A stretch of DNA of 64,000 nucleotides from Gemmatimonadota bacterium. Lineage in GTDB: Bacteria; Gemmatimonadota; Gemmatimonadetes; Palauibacterales; Palauibacteraceae. The stretch is taken from contig JBDHAC010000007.1 of assembly GCA_039588275.1 (NCBI GenBank), forward strand, positions 18,413 to 82,412. Reading direction: 5' to 3'. Under the pieces are notes generated by a model. That model did no database searches. It saw only the letters and a program-made list of their open reading frames with translations, and was not told the origin of the DNA. The translations under genes were made by a program, and so were the position numbers. Shown piece after piece: positions 10,098 to 19,589 of this stretch. Each line of letters starts with the position of its first letter. The stretch's first letter is position 1.

Positions 10098-10424
10098 CGG
10101 CTCCTACCCGAAGAGATCTGCCTGCAGGGGCTCCGGCGGGCGCCCACGGTGCTCGGCTCGGGCGCGCGGCCCTCGGTGCGAGCAGCCACACTACCCGGTC
10201 CGAAGATCGAGGGCCAGAGAGCTGCGAGCGCGGCGCACTGCGAGACCCCGCGCGGCCCGGCGATACGCGGTTCCGGGGTTTTGGCCACTCCGCGCAACCG
10301 GAGGTGTAACATGTTGCCACATTGACGCTTACGCCCATCGACGCGGGTTCAGCGAACGCGGCTCGGTTCCTGCGGGCCTGAACCGCCTGACGTGGGGATG
10401 GCGCAGCCGATCCGGGGCGCCGCA

Positions 10425-12284
10425 ATGGGGACTGTTCCTCAAGCTCGAAAAGCGCCTGTGCTACAACAGATCCTCCCGATATTAGCGGTCCTGCTGGTCG
10501 GCCTGCTCGTCGCCTGGCGTGCCCAGGTGCGGCGAGACAGCCGGCGCCATCGACGCACGCAGAAGCGGTACCAATCCCTGTTCGTGAACAACGTGGATGC
10601 GGTCGTGTCCCTGGATCCAGGAGGCGCGGTGGAGCGCGTGAACCCCACCTTCACGCGCCTCACCGGTTGGAACGAGGAAGAGACCCGCGGGACGGCCTTC
10701 GCGGGGTACGTGAGCTCCGAGGACCGGAACCGGGTGCTCAAGACCCTGAAAGGAGCGACCAGGGGTGCGCCCCAGACGATGGAGACCGCACTCCAGCACC
10801 GGGACGGGCAGCTGGTCGAGGTCGAGCTGACCACGGTTCCGATCGTCGTCGATGATGACGTCCTGGGCGCCTATCAGATCGCCCGAGACATCGGGCAGCG
10901 GAAGGAGACCGAGCGCAAGCTCGAGACGCAGGCGCTGCACGATTATCTCACCGGCCTCCCGAATCGATCCCTGTTTCAGGATCGACTCGAGCACGCGATC
11001 GAGCGCGGAGCGCGGACGGGCGCGCAGGTCGCGCTCCTGTATCTCGACCTCGATCGCTTCAAGGCGGTGAACGACAGCGCCGGCCACGCGGCCGGCGATC
11101 TGCTGCTCCAGCAGGTGGCGTCGAGGCTCAGCTGTTTCCTGCGAGGAGGCGACACGGTAGCCCGGCTGGGCGGAGACGAGTTCGCGATCCTGTTGGAGGA
11201 CATCTCCGACGTCAACGCGGCCCTGGGCGCGGGAAAGAGAATCGCGGACCTTCTGAGCGAGCCGATCCGGCTCCCGATGGGTGACTTCGAGACCGGAGCC
11301 AGCATCGGCGTGGCGCTCAGCTCGTCCGATACGGAGTCGCCGGAAGATCTCGTGCGACAGGCCGACGTCGCCATGTACGAGGCCAAGCGGTTAGGTGGGC
11401 ACCGATTCCAGCTCTACGGCGCCGAGCTCGAGGAGAAGCGCGACAGCGTGCCCGTGCACCTCGAGGGGGACCTGCGTCGCGCGATCCAGCGGGACGAATT
11501 GACCCTTCACTACCAGCCGATCGTCGACCTCGCCGGCACTCGCATCGTGGGAGTGGAAGCTCTCGTGCGCTGGCCGCACCCGGAGTTGGGCATGCTCGCC
11601 CCGACGACCTTCATCCCGCTGGCCGAGGAGTCCGGGATCATCGTCGCGCTGGATCACTGGGTGTTGAGGCGTGCATGTCTGGAGATCAAGGGACTGATCG
11701 AACAGAGAGTCGTGACCTCGGACTCCTTCTACATCAGCGTGAACTTCTCGAAGCGCCACCTGGAAGAGCAGGATCCCGCGGAGGCCGTGGAACGGATCGT
11801 CGGCGAGGTGGGGTTCGATATCGCCAGGCTCCAGCTCGAGATCACCGAGAGCATCGCCGGGGTCGACCGGGAGAAGGTCAACCGTCTGAAGGCGCTCGGG
11901 CTCACCGTGGCCATCGATGATTTCGGTACGGGCTATTCCTCGCTCGGCTACCTCAAAGACCTGGACGTCGACATCCTCAAGGTCGATCGGTCGTTCGTTC
12001 ACGCGCTGTCGGGAGACAAGGCCTCACTGGCGATCGTGCGAACGATTCTGACCCTGGCGGAGATGCTGGGAATGGACGTCATCATCGAAGGCATCGAGGA
12101 GCCGGTACAGCTCAGGCGGCTACAGGAGCTGGGCGGGCGCTTCGTACAGGGGTTCTACTTCAGCGCGCCGGTCAATCTAGAAGGCCTCGAGGATTTGTTG
12201 CGACGCGGCCTGCCCCCCGAGTGGGTGCTCAACCTGAACGTCAAACCCGAAGCCAAAGCCGCACCCGTCCACACGGGAGTCTGA
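10425..12284 (+). CDS. Membrane-anchored PAS-GGDEF-EAL diguanylate cyclase/phosphodiesterase
   Basis: One TM helix, PAS domain, HDYLTGLPNR, RLGGDEF, VEALVRW, IDDFGTGYSSL. Alternative starts at 10392 and 10398. Confidence 0.95.
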   Translation: MGTVPQARKAPVLQQILPILAVLLVGLLVAWRAQVRRDSRRHRRTQKRYQSLFVNNVDAVVSLDPGGAVERVNPTFTRLTGWNEEETRGTAFAGYVSSEDRNRVLKTLKGATRGAPQTMETALQHRDGQLVEVELTTVPIVVDDDVLGAYQIARDIGQRKETERKLETQALHDYLTGLPNRSLFQDRLEHAIERGARTGAQVALLYLDLDRFKAVNDSAGHAAGDLLLQQVASRLSCFLRGGDTVARLGGDEFAILLEDISDVNAALGAGKRIADLLSEPIRLPMGDFETGASIGVALSSSDTESPEDLVRQADVAMYEAKRLGGHRFQLYGAELEEKRDSVPVHLEGDLRRAIQRDELTLHYQPIVDLAGTRIVGVEALVRWPHPELGMLAPTTFIPLAEESGIIVALDHWVLRRACLEIKGLIEQRVVTSDSFYISVNFSKRHLEEQDPAEAVERIVGEVGFDIARLQLEITESIAGVDREKVNRLKALGLTVAIDDFGTGYSSLGYLKDLDVDILKVDRSFVHALSGDKASLAIVRTILTLAEMLGMDVIIEGIEEPVQLRRLQELGGRFVQGFYFSAPVNLEGLEDLLRRGLPPEWVLNLNVKPEAKAAPVHTGV

Positions 12285-12423
12285 TCCCGAACGGTTGCGG
12301 TCCTGCGTAGCCATCCCGGCCAGCGCCGGGTAGGTTCATCCGTCATCCAAATCGACGAGCCGCGGCGGAGGGGGCCGGCTCTCGCCCCAGGCGCCGTAGG
12401 AACTGCCCGATTCCCGACCGAGG

Positions 12424-13149
12424 ATGTCCATGACTTCATCCGCGTCCATTCTCCTCGCCGCTTTGGCTCCGCTGAGCTGTGGTTCTCCGGTCGAGTCGGC
12501 CGCTCCGACGACGATGCTCTCGACCTCGCTCTTCTCGGGCGCGCACGCGCACGAAGTGCTCGCCAGCCCAGCCAACGCGCTCGCGACCCTGGAGGAGCTG
12601 TACCGCTCGGGGCTCACGTTCGACGAGTTCTTCGCGCAGGCGGATCGCCGCAAGGCCATGTGGGCGGATCACTACGGGAACGGGGTCGTCTCGGAGGCGC
12701 TGCTCGACCGCGCGCGCCGCATCACGGGAACGTGGCGTATCCTGGCCGTCGCCGAGGACTGGTGCAGCGATTCCGTGAACACGGCCCCTTACCTGGCTTT
12801 GCTCACGGAGCAAGCCGATGGGATCGAGATGCGGATCATCGACTCCGAGGCAGGACGCGAGATCATGGAGACGCACCGCACACCCGATGGCCGCGCGGCG
12901 ACCCCCACGATCCTGATCCTCGACGAGGAGTTCACGCAGGTCGGCTGCTGGGTCGAGCGTCCGGCAGACCTGCAGACATGGGCCCTCGAGAATCGCTCGA
13001 AGCTCGAGGATGAGGAGTTCCTCGACCGGAAGATGGCCTGGTATCGGGAGGACGGCGGCGAGGCCACGGTGTCCGAGATCCTCGGCCTGATCGAGGCTGC
13101 CGCGTCTGGAACGCCAATCTGCGGAGCCCGGTCGATCGAGCCAGGCTAG
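12424..13149 (+). CDS. Thioredoxin-family protein, exported, CxxS active site
   Basis: ILAVAEDWCSDS, GRAATPT, WVERP; N-terminal signal with LSCG. Confidence 0.8.
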   Translation: MSMTSSASILLAALAPLSCGSPVESAAPTTMLSTSLFSGAHAHEVLASPANALATLEELYRSGLTFDEFFAQADRRKAMWADHYGNGVVSEALLDRARRITGTWRILAVAEDWCSDSVNTAPYLALLTEQADGIEMRIIDSEAGREIMETHRTPDGRAATPTILILDEEFTQVGCWVERPADLQTWALENRSKLEDEEFLDRKMAWYREDGGEATVSEILGLIEAAASGTPICGARSIEPG

Positions 13150-14327
13150 CCGAACGCGGACAACCCCGTGACGTCGTGTCCGAGGATCAACCCGTGGATG
13201 TCGTGCGTCCCCTCGTACGTGTATACGGACTCGAGGTTGGCCATGTGGCGCATCGACTGATACTCGACCAGGATCCCGTTCGCCCCCAGTAGTCGCCGCG
13301 CTTCACGGGCAATGTCGCAGGCCATGTTCACGTTGTTGCGCTTGGCGAGCGAGACCTGTTGCGGCCGCATCTTCCCGACGTCCTTCAAGCGTCCGAGTTG
13401 TAGCGCCAGAAGCTGTGCCTTGGTGATCTCCGTCAGCATCTCGGCAAGCCGCACCTGCTGGATCTGATACGCCGCGATCACCTGCTCGAACTGAACGCGA
13501 TTCTTCGCGTATTCCAGCGCCTCACGGTAGCACGCCATCGCCGATCCGATCGCCCCCCAGGCGATCCCGTAACGCGCCTGCGTGAGGCAGCTGAGCGGGC
13601 TCTTCAGACCGCCGCTGTCGGGCAGGAGGTTGGCGTCGGGCACGCGTACGTCCTGGAGGACTAGCTCGCTCGTATCGGATGCGAGCAGGGAGAGCTTTCC
13701 TTCCTGATCCTTCGCGGAGAACCCCTCGCGGGAGGTCTCCACGATGAACCCGCGAATCGAGCTCACGTCATCCAGGTCGCCCGTCTTCGCCCAGATGATC
13801 GCCACGTCCGCCATCGACCCGTTCGTGATCCACATCTTGGCGCCGTTCACGACCCACTCCTCTCCATCCTTCACGGCTCGCGTGATCATCCCGCCCGGGT
13901 TGGAGCCGAAATCGGGCTCGGTGAGACCGAAGCACCCAATCGCCTCACCGGTAGCCAGCTTCGGGAGCCACTCGACCCGCTGCTCCTCGCTTCCGAAGGC
14001 GTAGATCGGATACATGACGAGCGATCCCTGGACCGACGCGAAAGAGCGGAGGCCCGAGTCGCCGCGCTCGAGCTCCTGCATGATCAGCCCGTATGCCACG
14101 TTATTCAGCTCGGCGCACCCGTACTTCTCGGGGAGGTTCGCGCCCAGGAATCCGAGCTCACCCATCTTCGGGATCAGATCGGTGGGGAACGTGTGCTCGA
14201 CATAGTGCCGATTGATGATCGGGATCACCTCGCTCTCCACCCAATCCCGCACCATGTCTCGCACGGCTCGTTCCTCCTCGCCGAGGAGCGAGTCCATGTC
14301 ATAGTAGTCGACGCCCTCGAAGCTCAT
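13146..14327 (-). CDS. gcdH: Acyl-CoA dehydrogenase, glutaryl-CoA dehydrogenase type
   Basis: ELERGDSGLRSFASVQGSLVMYPI, GCFGLTEPDFGSNPG, NLESVYTYEGTHDIH. Confidence 0.88.
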   Translation of the reverse strand: MSFEGVDYYDMDSLLGEEERAVRDMVRDWVESEVIPIINRHYVEHTFPTDLIPKMGELGFLGANLPEKYGCAELNNVAYGLIMQELERGDSGLRSFASVQGSLVMYPIYAFGSEEQRVEWLPKLATGEAIGCFGLTEPDFGSNPGGMITRAVKDGEEWVVNGAKMWITNGSMADVAIIWAKTGDLDDVSSIRGFIVETSREGFSAKDQEGKLSLLASDTSELVLQDVRVPDANLLPDSGGLKSPLSCLTQARYGIAWGAIGSAMACYREALEYAKNRVQFEQVIAAYQIQQVRLAEMLTEITKAQLLALQLGRLKDVGKMRPQQVSLAKRNNVNMACDIAREARRLLGANGILVEYQSMRHMANLESVYTYEGTHDIHGLILGHDVTGLSAFG

Positions 14328-14587
14328 ACCTCGATCTCTCCCTCGGTTTCTTGGATGCGGGTCGGATCGGCCCCGCGTCGAGTGCTCTCGCCCGGTCTGC
14401 GGACCTCGGCGGCTCGAAACAGGCGTACCGTCAGGGCGATGCCCAGTAGCGCCGTCAACGAGCCGACGACGATCGCGGCGCTCCCGTAATGTCCCGGGTT
14501 GGCCGCGAGCACGAGGCCACCCATGACCGCCAATACGGTCAGCGGCAGCGCGTACAGAGCGGCAGGCCGGCTCCGCCTGTCGCTCAC
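14324..14587 (-). CDS. Small two-TM membrane protein
   Basis: GTG start and stop both overlap neighbours by 4 nt; two hydrophobic helices. Confidence 0.6.
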   Translation of the reverse strand: MSDRRSRPAALYALPLTVLAVMGGLVLAANPGHYGSAAIVVGSLTALLGIALTVRLFRAAEVRRPGESTRRGADPTRIQETEGEIEV

Positions 14588-14904
14588 CGAACGCGTCGCC
14601 AGCGCAGGTAGCCCTTGACGGCTTCGCGACCGATGCGAAATCCCAGGTAGTAGGCGGCTCCGAGCGGAATCAGCCACGCGTAGGCCGGAAGGAACTCGGC
14701 CTTGTCCAGCTGCCACACCCAGATCGCGAACGGAACCACGATGAGGGTGGCGATCACGTGCGGGCTGATGCGCATCCGGCGCTGCATTCGGGGGCGACAA
14801 TCCGCACACCACCCGTCCTCGTCCAGCGCCTTCTTCGGGTGCAGCTTCCCGCAGCCGTCGCACTGCGTGCCTTTGAAGTGCAGCTCGTCGCTTTGCTCCG
14901 TCAT
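14584..14904 (-). CDS. Hypothetical Zn-ribbon (CxxC...CxxC) plus two-TM membrane protein
   Basis: CDGC...CADC followed by two hydrophobic segments; purine-rich RBS before ATG at 14904. Confidence 0.7.
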   Translation of the reverse strand: MTEQSDELHFKGTQCDGCGKLHPKKALDEDGWCADCRPRMQRRMRISPHVIATLIVVPFAIWVWQLDKAEFLPAYAWLIPLGAAYYLGFRIGREAVKGYLRWRRVR

Positions 14905-14951
14905 CCCTCGTCCCGAAGTCAGGTGGCGTTCAAGGAGGCCGCTGCAGCCTC

Positions 14952-15977
14952 TCACCGGCCTGCCAGGTTCTCGATCACCGCGTCGCCGAACTCGACGGTG
15001 GTGGCCGACCCGCCGAGGTCCGGCGTGAGCGCGTCGCCCCGGAGCGTCCCTCGGAGTGCGGTCCGTACGCGCTTGGCGGTCCCGGTCTCGCCCAAATGGT
15101 CCAGCATCAAGCACCCGGCCAGCAAGATCGAACACGGGTTCGCGATCCCTTTGCCCGCGATATCCGGCGCGGAGCCGTGGACCGCCTCGAAGATCGCCGC
15201 ACGCTCGCCCAGGTTGGCGCCGGGTGCGAACCCGAGACCGCCCACCAGCCCGGCGGCCTCATCCGAGAGGATGTCGCCGAACATGTTCTCGGTGACGATC
15301 ACGTCGAACTGGTACGGATCCAGGACCAACTGCAACGCGGTGTTGTCGACGATCCGTTCGTTGAACTCGACCCGGCCCTCGTAGTCCCGGGCCACATCAC
15401 GACCGACCTCGAGAAAAAGCCCCTGCGTGTACTTGAGGATGTTCGCCTTGTGGACCAGAGTCACCTTCCGGCGCCCGTGCGACAGGGCGTACTCGAACGC
15501 GAAGCGGACGATACGCTCCGACCCGAAGCGCGTAATCAGCATCACGGACTCGGCCACGGCCCGCGGGTCGTTCTCCATCCCGATGAAGTGCTCGATCCCC
15601 GCGTACAACCCTTCGGTGTTCTCGCGCACGATGACGAGATCGATGTCGGGGTATCTGGGCTCGGGCAGCCAGGTGACCGCCGGGCGCACGTTGGCGAACA
15701 GATCAAAATGCTTTCGCAGGGCCACGTTCACCGAACGGAAGCCGGACCCGATCGGAGTCGTGAGCGGTCCCTTGAGCGCCACTCTCGTACGCTCGATCGA
15801 CTCCAGGGTCGGCTCGGGCAAAGGGTCGTGCTGGCTCTCCATGGCCGTCATCCCGGCCTCGTGCTCGTCCCAGTCGATCGGCGCCCCCGCCGCCTCCAGG
15901 ATGTGCACGGCGGTCTCCGCGATGGAGGGTCCGATCCCGTCCCCTGGAATCAACGTGACCTGGTGCATCGATGCCAT
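14952..15977 (-). CDS. Isocitrate/isopropylmalate dehydrogenase family protein (IDH3/homoisocitrate DH-like)
   Basis: [61 protein letters not shown]. Confidence 0.92.
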   Translation of the reverse strand: MASMHQVTLIPGDGIGPSIAETAVHILEAAGAPIDWDEHEAGMTAMESQHDPLPEPTLESIERTRVALKGPLTTPIGSGFRSVNVALRKHFDLFANVRPAVTWLPEPRYPDIDLVIVRENTEGLYAGIEHFIGMENDPRAVAESVMLITRFGSERIVRFAFEYALSHGRRKVTLVHKANILKYTQGLFLEVGRDVARDYEGRVEFNERIVDNTALQLVLDPYQFDVIVTENMFGDILSDEAAGLVGGLGFAPGANLGERAAIFEAVHGSAPDIAGKGIANPCSILLAGCLMLDHLGETGTAKRVRTALRGTLRGDALTPDLGGSATTVEFGDAVIENLAGR

Positions 15978-15996
15978 CTACCTGTCCGCTGGAGGT

Positions 15997-16674
15997 TCAG
16001 GATGGGGCGAGCTGTCGCGCCGCCTCGAGCGCCAGCGACGTGAGCAACATGCGCGAGGTGGGCTCGGCGGGCTTGCCCTCGATGAACCCGTGCCACAGCA
16101 CGGCGCTCCTGCGGATATCGATCACCGCCGCGAGCATGACCGCCCGACCCCACGCCTGCTCTCCCTCCGCACCGCGGGCCGCGACCACCTCGCGCTCTTC
16201 CTCGGTCGGCCCCCGGTACCAGACGAGCAGCGGGAGGACCACGATGCGCGCGTCGAACAGCGCTGCGAGCTGGCGCAGCTGAGTGTGGAGCGGCTCGTAT
16301 ATCTGGGCGTTCCGCTCCGGCTTGTTCAGGAGACCGTGGTACGCGAGACGTCGCGGGTCCACGCGGATCATCGGGTTCCGCTCCAGCCGGGCGGTGATGT
16401 CGTCGGGCATCGCCCAGCTTTCCGCGCCTTCCTCCTCGCCGAACGCGAACGCGAGCTCGGCGCCGAGCAGATCGCGCACTTCCCGATCGGTGCGCAGGCC
16501 GCCCAGCCAGGCGCCCCCTGCCGTCGGGCGAGTGGCCTGCACGGGAAGAAACACCGCCGGCACGCCGGCCGGGATGGTCGGAACGGACTCGTCCTGTGCG
16601 GCGGCGGGTGTAGTGTGAGCCAGCCCTGGCAACGTCGCGACGATGGCGGCGGCGAGTATACGGTGCGTCATCAT
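15997..16674 (-). CDS. Hypothetical exported protein
   Basis: Sec signal peptide ending AAA|Q; GGAGG RBS; operon context. Confidence 0.75.
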   Translation of the reverse strand: MMTHRILAAAIVATLPGLAHTTPAAAQDESVPTIPAGVPAVFLPVQATRPTAGGAWLGGLRTDREVRDLLGAELAFAFGEEEGAESWAMPDDITARLERNPMIRVDPRRLAYHGLLNKPERNAQIYEPLHTQLRQLAALFDARIVVLPLLVWYRGPTEEEREVVAARGAEGEQAWGRAVMLAAVIDIRRSAVLWHGFIEGKPAEPTSRMLLTSLALEAARQLAPS

Positions 16675-16677
16675 CCT

Positions 16678-16711
16678 CTTCTTCCTCCCATCAGCTTCTT
16701 CCTCCCATCAG
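16678..16711. repeat. 17-bp tandem duplication covering a stop codon and Shine-Dalgarno
   Basis: CTTCTTCCTCCCATCAG at 16678-16694 and 16695-16711. Confidence 0.9.
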
Positions 16712-17946
16712 CCCGAACTACGCATGCGGGCGATCTCCGCCTCGATCTCGTCCCGCGTCAGCGTGTGGTCACACCGCTTCGCGAGTCCGAAGACCGCTTC
16801 GCACAGATCCTCATCGTGTGGGTCGTAGCCATGTTCCCCCAGCCAGTACTTCACGTTGCTCAGGCCCGAGACCGGGGAAATCTCGATTTGCTGGCGGCAA
16901 CCCACCACCGATGCCGGAACCCCGCTATAGACGCAGTCCTCGAGCCACGGGTCACCCTTACGCATCGCTTTGATGATCGCCGCTGCGTGCACGCCTGTCC
17001 CGGTGCGGAACGCGTCGGCCCCCACCACGGGATAGTTGTGCGGCACCTCCAACCCGCACATGTCGGCCGCGAGCCGGCAATAGTCGGGAAGCCGGGTGAG
17101 ATCCGCTTCGTGCACGCCCAGGAGCTTCAGGTTGACGAGGAGCAGGTCCATCTCCGTGTTGCCGACGCGCTCCCCGATCCCAAGCGCCGTCCCGTGCACC
17201 CGATCCACGCCTTCCTCGATAGCGGTCATCGCGTTCGCGAGCCCGTAGCCACGGTCGCGGTGGCCGTGCCAATCGATCTTTGCCCGGGCACCGCTGTCCG
17301 CCACGATCTCCTTCGCGAAACGCACCAGCTGCCGCACGCCATCCGGTGTGGCGTGGCCCACGGTGTCGGCCAGGCAAATGCGGGCCGCGCCGGCCTCGAT
17401 CGCCGCGGTGTACAGGGCGCGGAGGGCCTCCGGCCGTGACCGAGTCGTGTCCTCGGTTACGTACATGACGTCGAGACCCTCGCCGACCGCGAATCCTATC
17501 GCCTCGCGGGTCGACTCGAGGATGTGCTCCACGTCCCAACCCTCCGCGTACTGCCGGATGGGGGAGCTCCCGATGAACGCTCCGACCTCGAGCCTCAGAC
17601 CGGTCGCTTGCGAGACACGAGCGATCGGCTCGATGTCCGCTCGCACGGTGCGCGCCGCACAGTTGGCGGAGATCGGGAGCCCTCCGTCGGCGATCTCACG
17701 CGCGAGCACCAGCACGGCATCGTACGCCCGGGGACCGGCCCCGGGCAGGCCGATATCGGCGGCGTGGATCCCGAGCTCCACCATCATGTGCAGAAGCTCG
17801 AGCTTCCTCTCCACGGGCGGGTCGGTCACGGAGGGGTTCTGTAGCCCGTCCCGAAGGGTCTCGTCATCCAGCTCTACCGAGGTCGAATCGTATTCGAAGC
17901 TCCCCGGGAGCTCGTTCCAGTCGTATATCAGGTCGTCGCGGTTCAC
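16708..17946 (-). CDS. LeuA-family (DRE-TIM) synthase without C-terminal regulatory domain
   Basis: DETLRDGLQ, LADTVGHATP, WHGHRDRG, GIGERVGN, TGVHAAA; GTG start overlaps upstream stop; 412 aa. Confidence 0.88.
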   Translation of the reverse strand: MNRDDLIYDWNELPGSFEYDSTSVELDDETLRDGLQNPSVTDPPVERKLELLHMMVELGIHAADIGLPGAGPRAYDAVLVLAREIADGGLPISANCAARTVRADIEPIARVSQATGLRLEVGAFIGSSPIRQYAEGWDVEHILESTREAIGFAVGEGLDVMYVTEDTTRSRPEALRALYTAAIEAGAARICLADTVGHATPDGVRQLVRFAKEIVADSGARAKIDWHGHRDRGYGLANAMTAIEEGVDRVHGTALGIGERVGNTEMDLLLVNLKLLGVHEADLTRLPDYCRLAADMCGLEVPHNYPVVGADAFRTGTGVHAAAIIKAMRKGDPWLEDCVYSGVPASVVGCRQQIEISPVSGLSNVKYWLGEHGYDPHDEDLCEAVFGLAKRCDHTLTRDEIEAEIARMRSSG

Positions 17947-18971
17947 GATCCCAGCCGGCTCGATTCGGCGCGCTGCGGAGACGGACGGCCACTCACCTCG
18001 GAGTGATCCCCGACGTTCACGCGTCCCTGTACGCCGTGGAGCCGCGCGTGGTCCCCGACGAGAGAATCGTGCAGATCGCAGTCCTCGATCACGGTTCCCT
18101 CTCCCACGATACAGTCGCGGAGCCGGCTGCGGCGGACCGTGCAACCGGCCGCCAGGCTCACGTTCGGCCCCAGCCGTACCTCTTCGAGCTTCACATCGGT
18201 CGCTACGGCGATCGGATCCCGTACCTCGATGCCCGAGAGCTCTCCGCCCGGAGGCGCGGCGTGACCCCGCTCGAGCATGGCTCGGTTCGTCTCGAGCACG
18301 GTCTCCGGCTTCCCGCAGTCGAACCACCCGCCGACTTCGGCCGTGTACAGGCGCGCCTCGCGGTCGATCATGTACTGAAACGCATCGGTGAGAAAGAACT
18401 CCCCCAGCTGCGGATCCTGGCCCATGACTTCGTGAATCCCTTCGAACATGAGCTCATGATCGCGCACGTAGTAGACGCCGATGTTGGCGAGCTTGGAGAT
18501 CGGCTCGCTCGGCTTCTCCACGATCCGGAGCATGTAGCCGTCCTCGTCGGTCACCACGACGCCGAATCGCTGGTAGTCCTCGACCTCTTTGGCCCAGATG
18601 ATCCCGGCATCGTCCGGACGCTCGCCGATCACCCTGAAGTCCGCCTCGAACAGCGTGTCCACGAACAGGATGAGGATCGGCCCTGACACGAATGGCTCGG
18701 CCAGTCGGATCGCGTCCGCCGTACCGAGCTGCTTCACCTGCTCGACGTAGCGCACCGGCATCGACGGATATTCCCGCGCCAGGAACTCCTCGATCTGACC
18801 GGCCAGATGGCCGGTGATGCAGATCATCTCATCGACGCCGATGTCTTGCAGCTGCTCCACCACGTAGCTGAGCACGGGTCGATTCGCCACTCGCAGAAGC
18901 GGCTTGGGGCGCGTGTGGGTGTGGGGCCGGACTCTTGTACCCTTCCCCGCCAGCGGTATTATGGCCTGCAT
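17943..18971 (-). CDS. Sugar-phosphate nucleotidyltransferase with C-terminal beta-helix
   Basis: IIPLAGKGTRVRPHTHTRPKPLL, QLGTADA, IVEKP, WFDCG. Confidence 0.92.
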   Translation of the reverse strand: MQAIIPLAGKGTRVRPHTHTRPKPLLRVANRPVLSYVVEQLQDIGVDEMICITGHLAGQIEEFLAREYPSMPVRYVEQVKQLGTADAIRLAEPFVSGPILILFVDTLFEADFRVIGERPDDAGIIWAKEVEDYQRFGVVVTDEDGYMLRIVEKPSEPISKLANIGVYYVRDHELMFEGIHEVMGQDPQLGEFFLTDAFQYMIDREARLYTAEVGGWFDCGKPETVLETNRAMLERGHAAPPGGELSGIEVRDPIAVATDVKLEEVRLGPNVSLAAGCTVRRSRLRDCIVGEGTVIEDCDLHDSLVGDHARLHGVQGRVNVGDHSEVSGRPSPQRAESSRLGS

Positions 18972-19147
18972 GTTTGCTGGAATCCTTCGACCACCCGCGG
19001 GTGCTCGTGCATGGGTTCGGGAATCGCCGGGCGCGGGAGCCGTGGATCATCCCCGCATTGGCCGAGCGATGGCGTCCGGCAACGTACCGTGGGGCGGTCG
19101 AGACGGTCAACCGGATTCGTTCGGAATCCCCAACACGCTGTCACACC

Positions 19148-19588
19148 GTGAGTTCTGCGCGCGACGACAACGTTCTGAGTGAGACGCTGCGGCGGTGGTT
19201 GAGCGAGAACGTCGCGGATACCCGGGCGGAGGGCGGGCCCGAAGGCCGGGTGTATGCGGCGCCCTTCGCTCAGGTGTGGGACGCGATTCTGGACCAGGTC
19301 GAGTCGCGCCGGGGCTGGGTCCTCGCGCACAAGGACGAAGAGCTGGGGATCATCACGGTACGCTGCCGCACACCGGTCTTTCGGTTCATCGACGATCTGA
19401 CGATCTGGGTCGGTCTGGACGAGAATGGACTGACCTGGGTAGACGTTCTGTCGCGCTCTCGAGTCGGCAAGGGCGACCTGGGAGGCAACCGGCGCCGGAT
19501 CGTGCGCACTCTCTCGACGCTCGATCGGGCGTTGGGCCCGAATACGCGGCTGCGACAGGATCGGGCGCGCGCGGAGGCGAGCGCGTAG
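19148..19588 (+). CDS. DUF1499-domain protein
   Basis: TPVFRFIDDLTI...VDVLSRSRVGKGDLGGNRRRI signature. Start uncertain. Confidence 0.8.
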   Translation: MSSARDDNVLSETLRRWLSENVADTRAEGGPEGRVYAAPFAQVWDAILDQVESRRGWVLAHKDEELGIITVRCRTPVFRFIDDLTIWVGLDENGLTWVDVLSRSRVGKGDLGGNRRRIVRTLSTLDRALGPNTRLRQDRARAEASA

Positions 19589-19589
19589 T

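Noticed and set aside
10305..10321. TGTAACATGTTGCCACA as a CRP/FNR-type site
   Set aside because: Spacing and half-sites deviate from consensus; a single weak dyad is insufficient.
15427..17439. 670-aa plus-strand ORF and many other long antisense ORFs (e.g. 43514-45010, 48405-50222, 51065-52654, 59908-61503)
   Set aside because: They lie opposite well-supported genes and have no motifs; long shadow ORFs are expected in high-GC DNA.
17947..18327. Long N-terminal extensions in the ORF track (LeuA-like from 18327, DctP from 3983, NmrA from 8685, RuvX from 59800)
   Set aside because: They overlap neighbouring genes; starts coupled to the upstream stop codons fit better.
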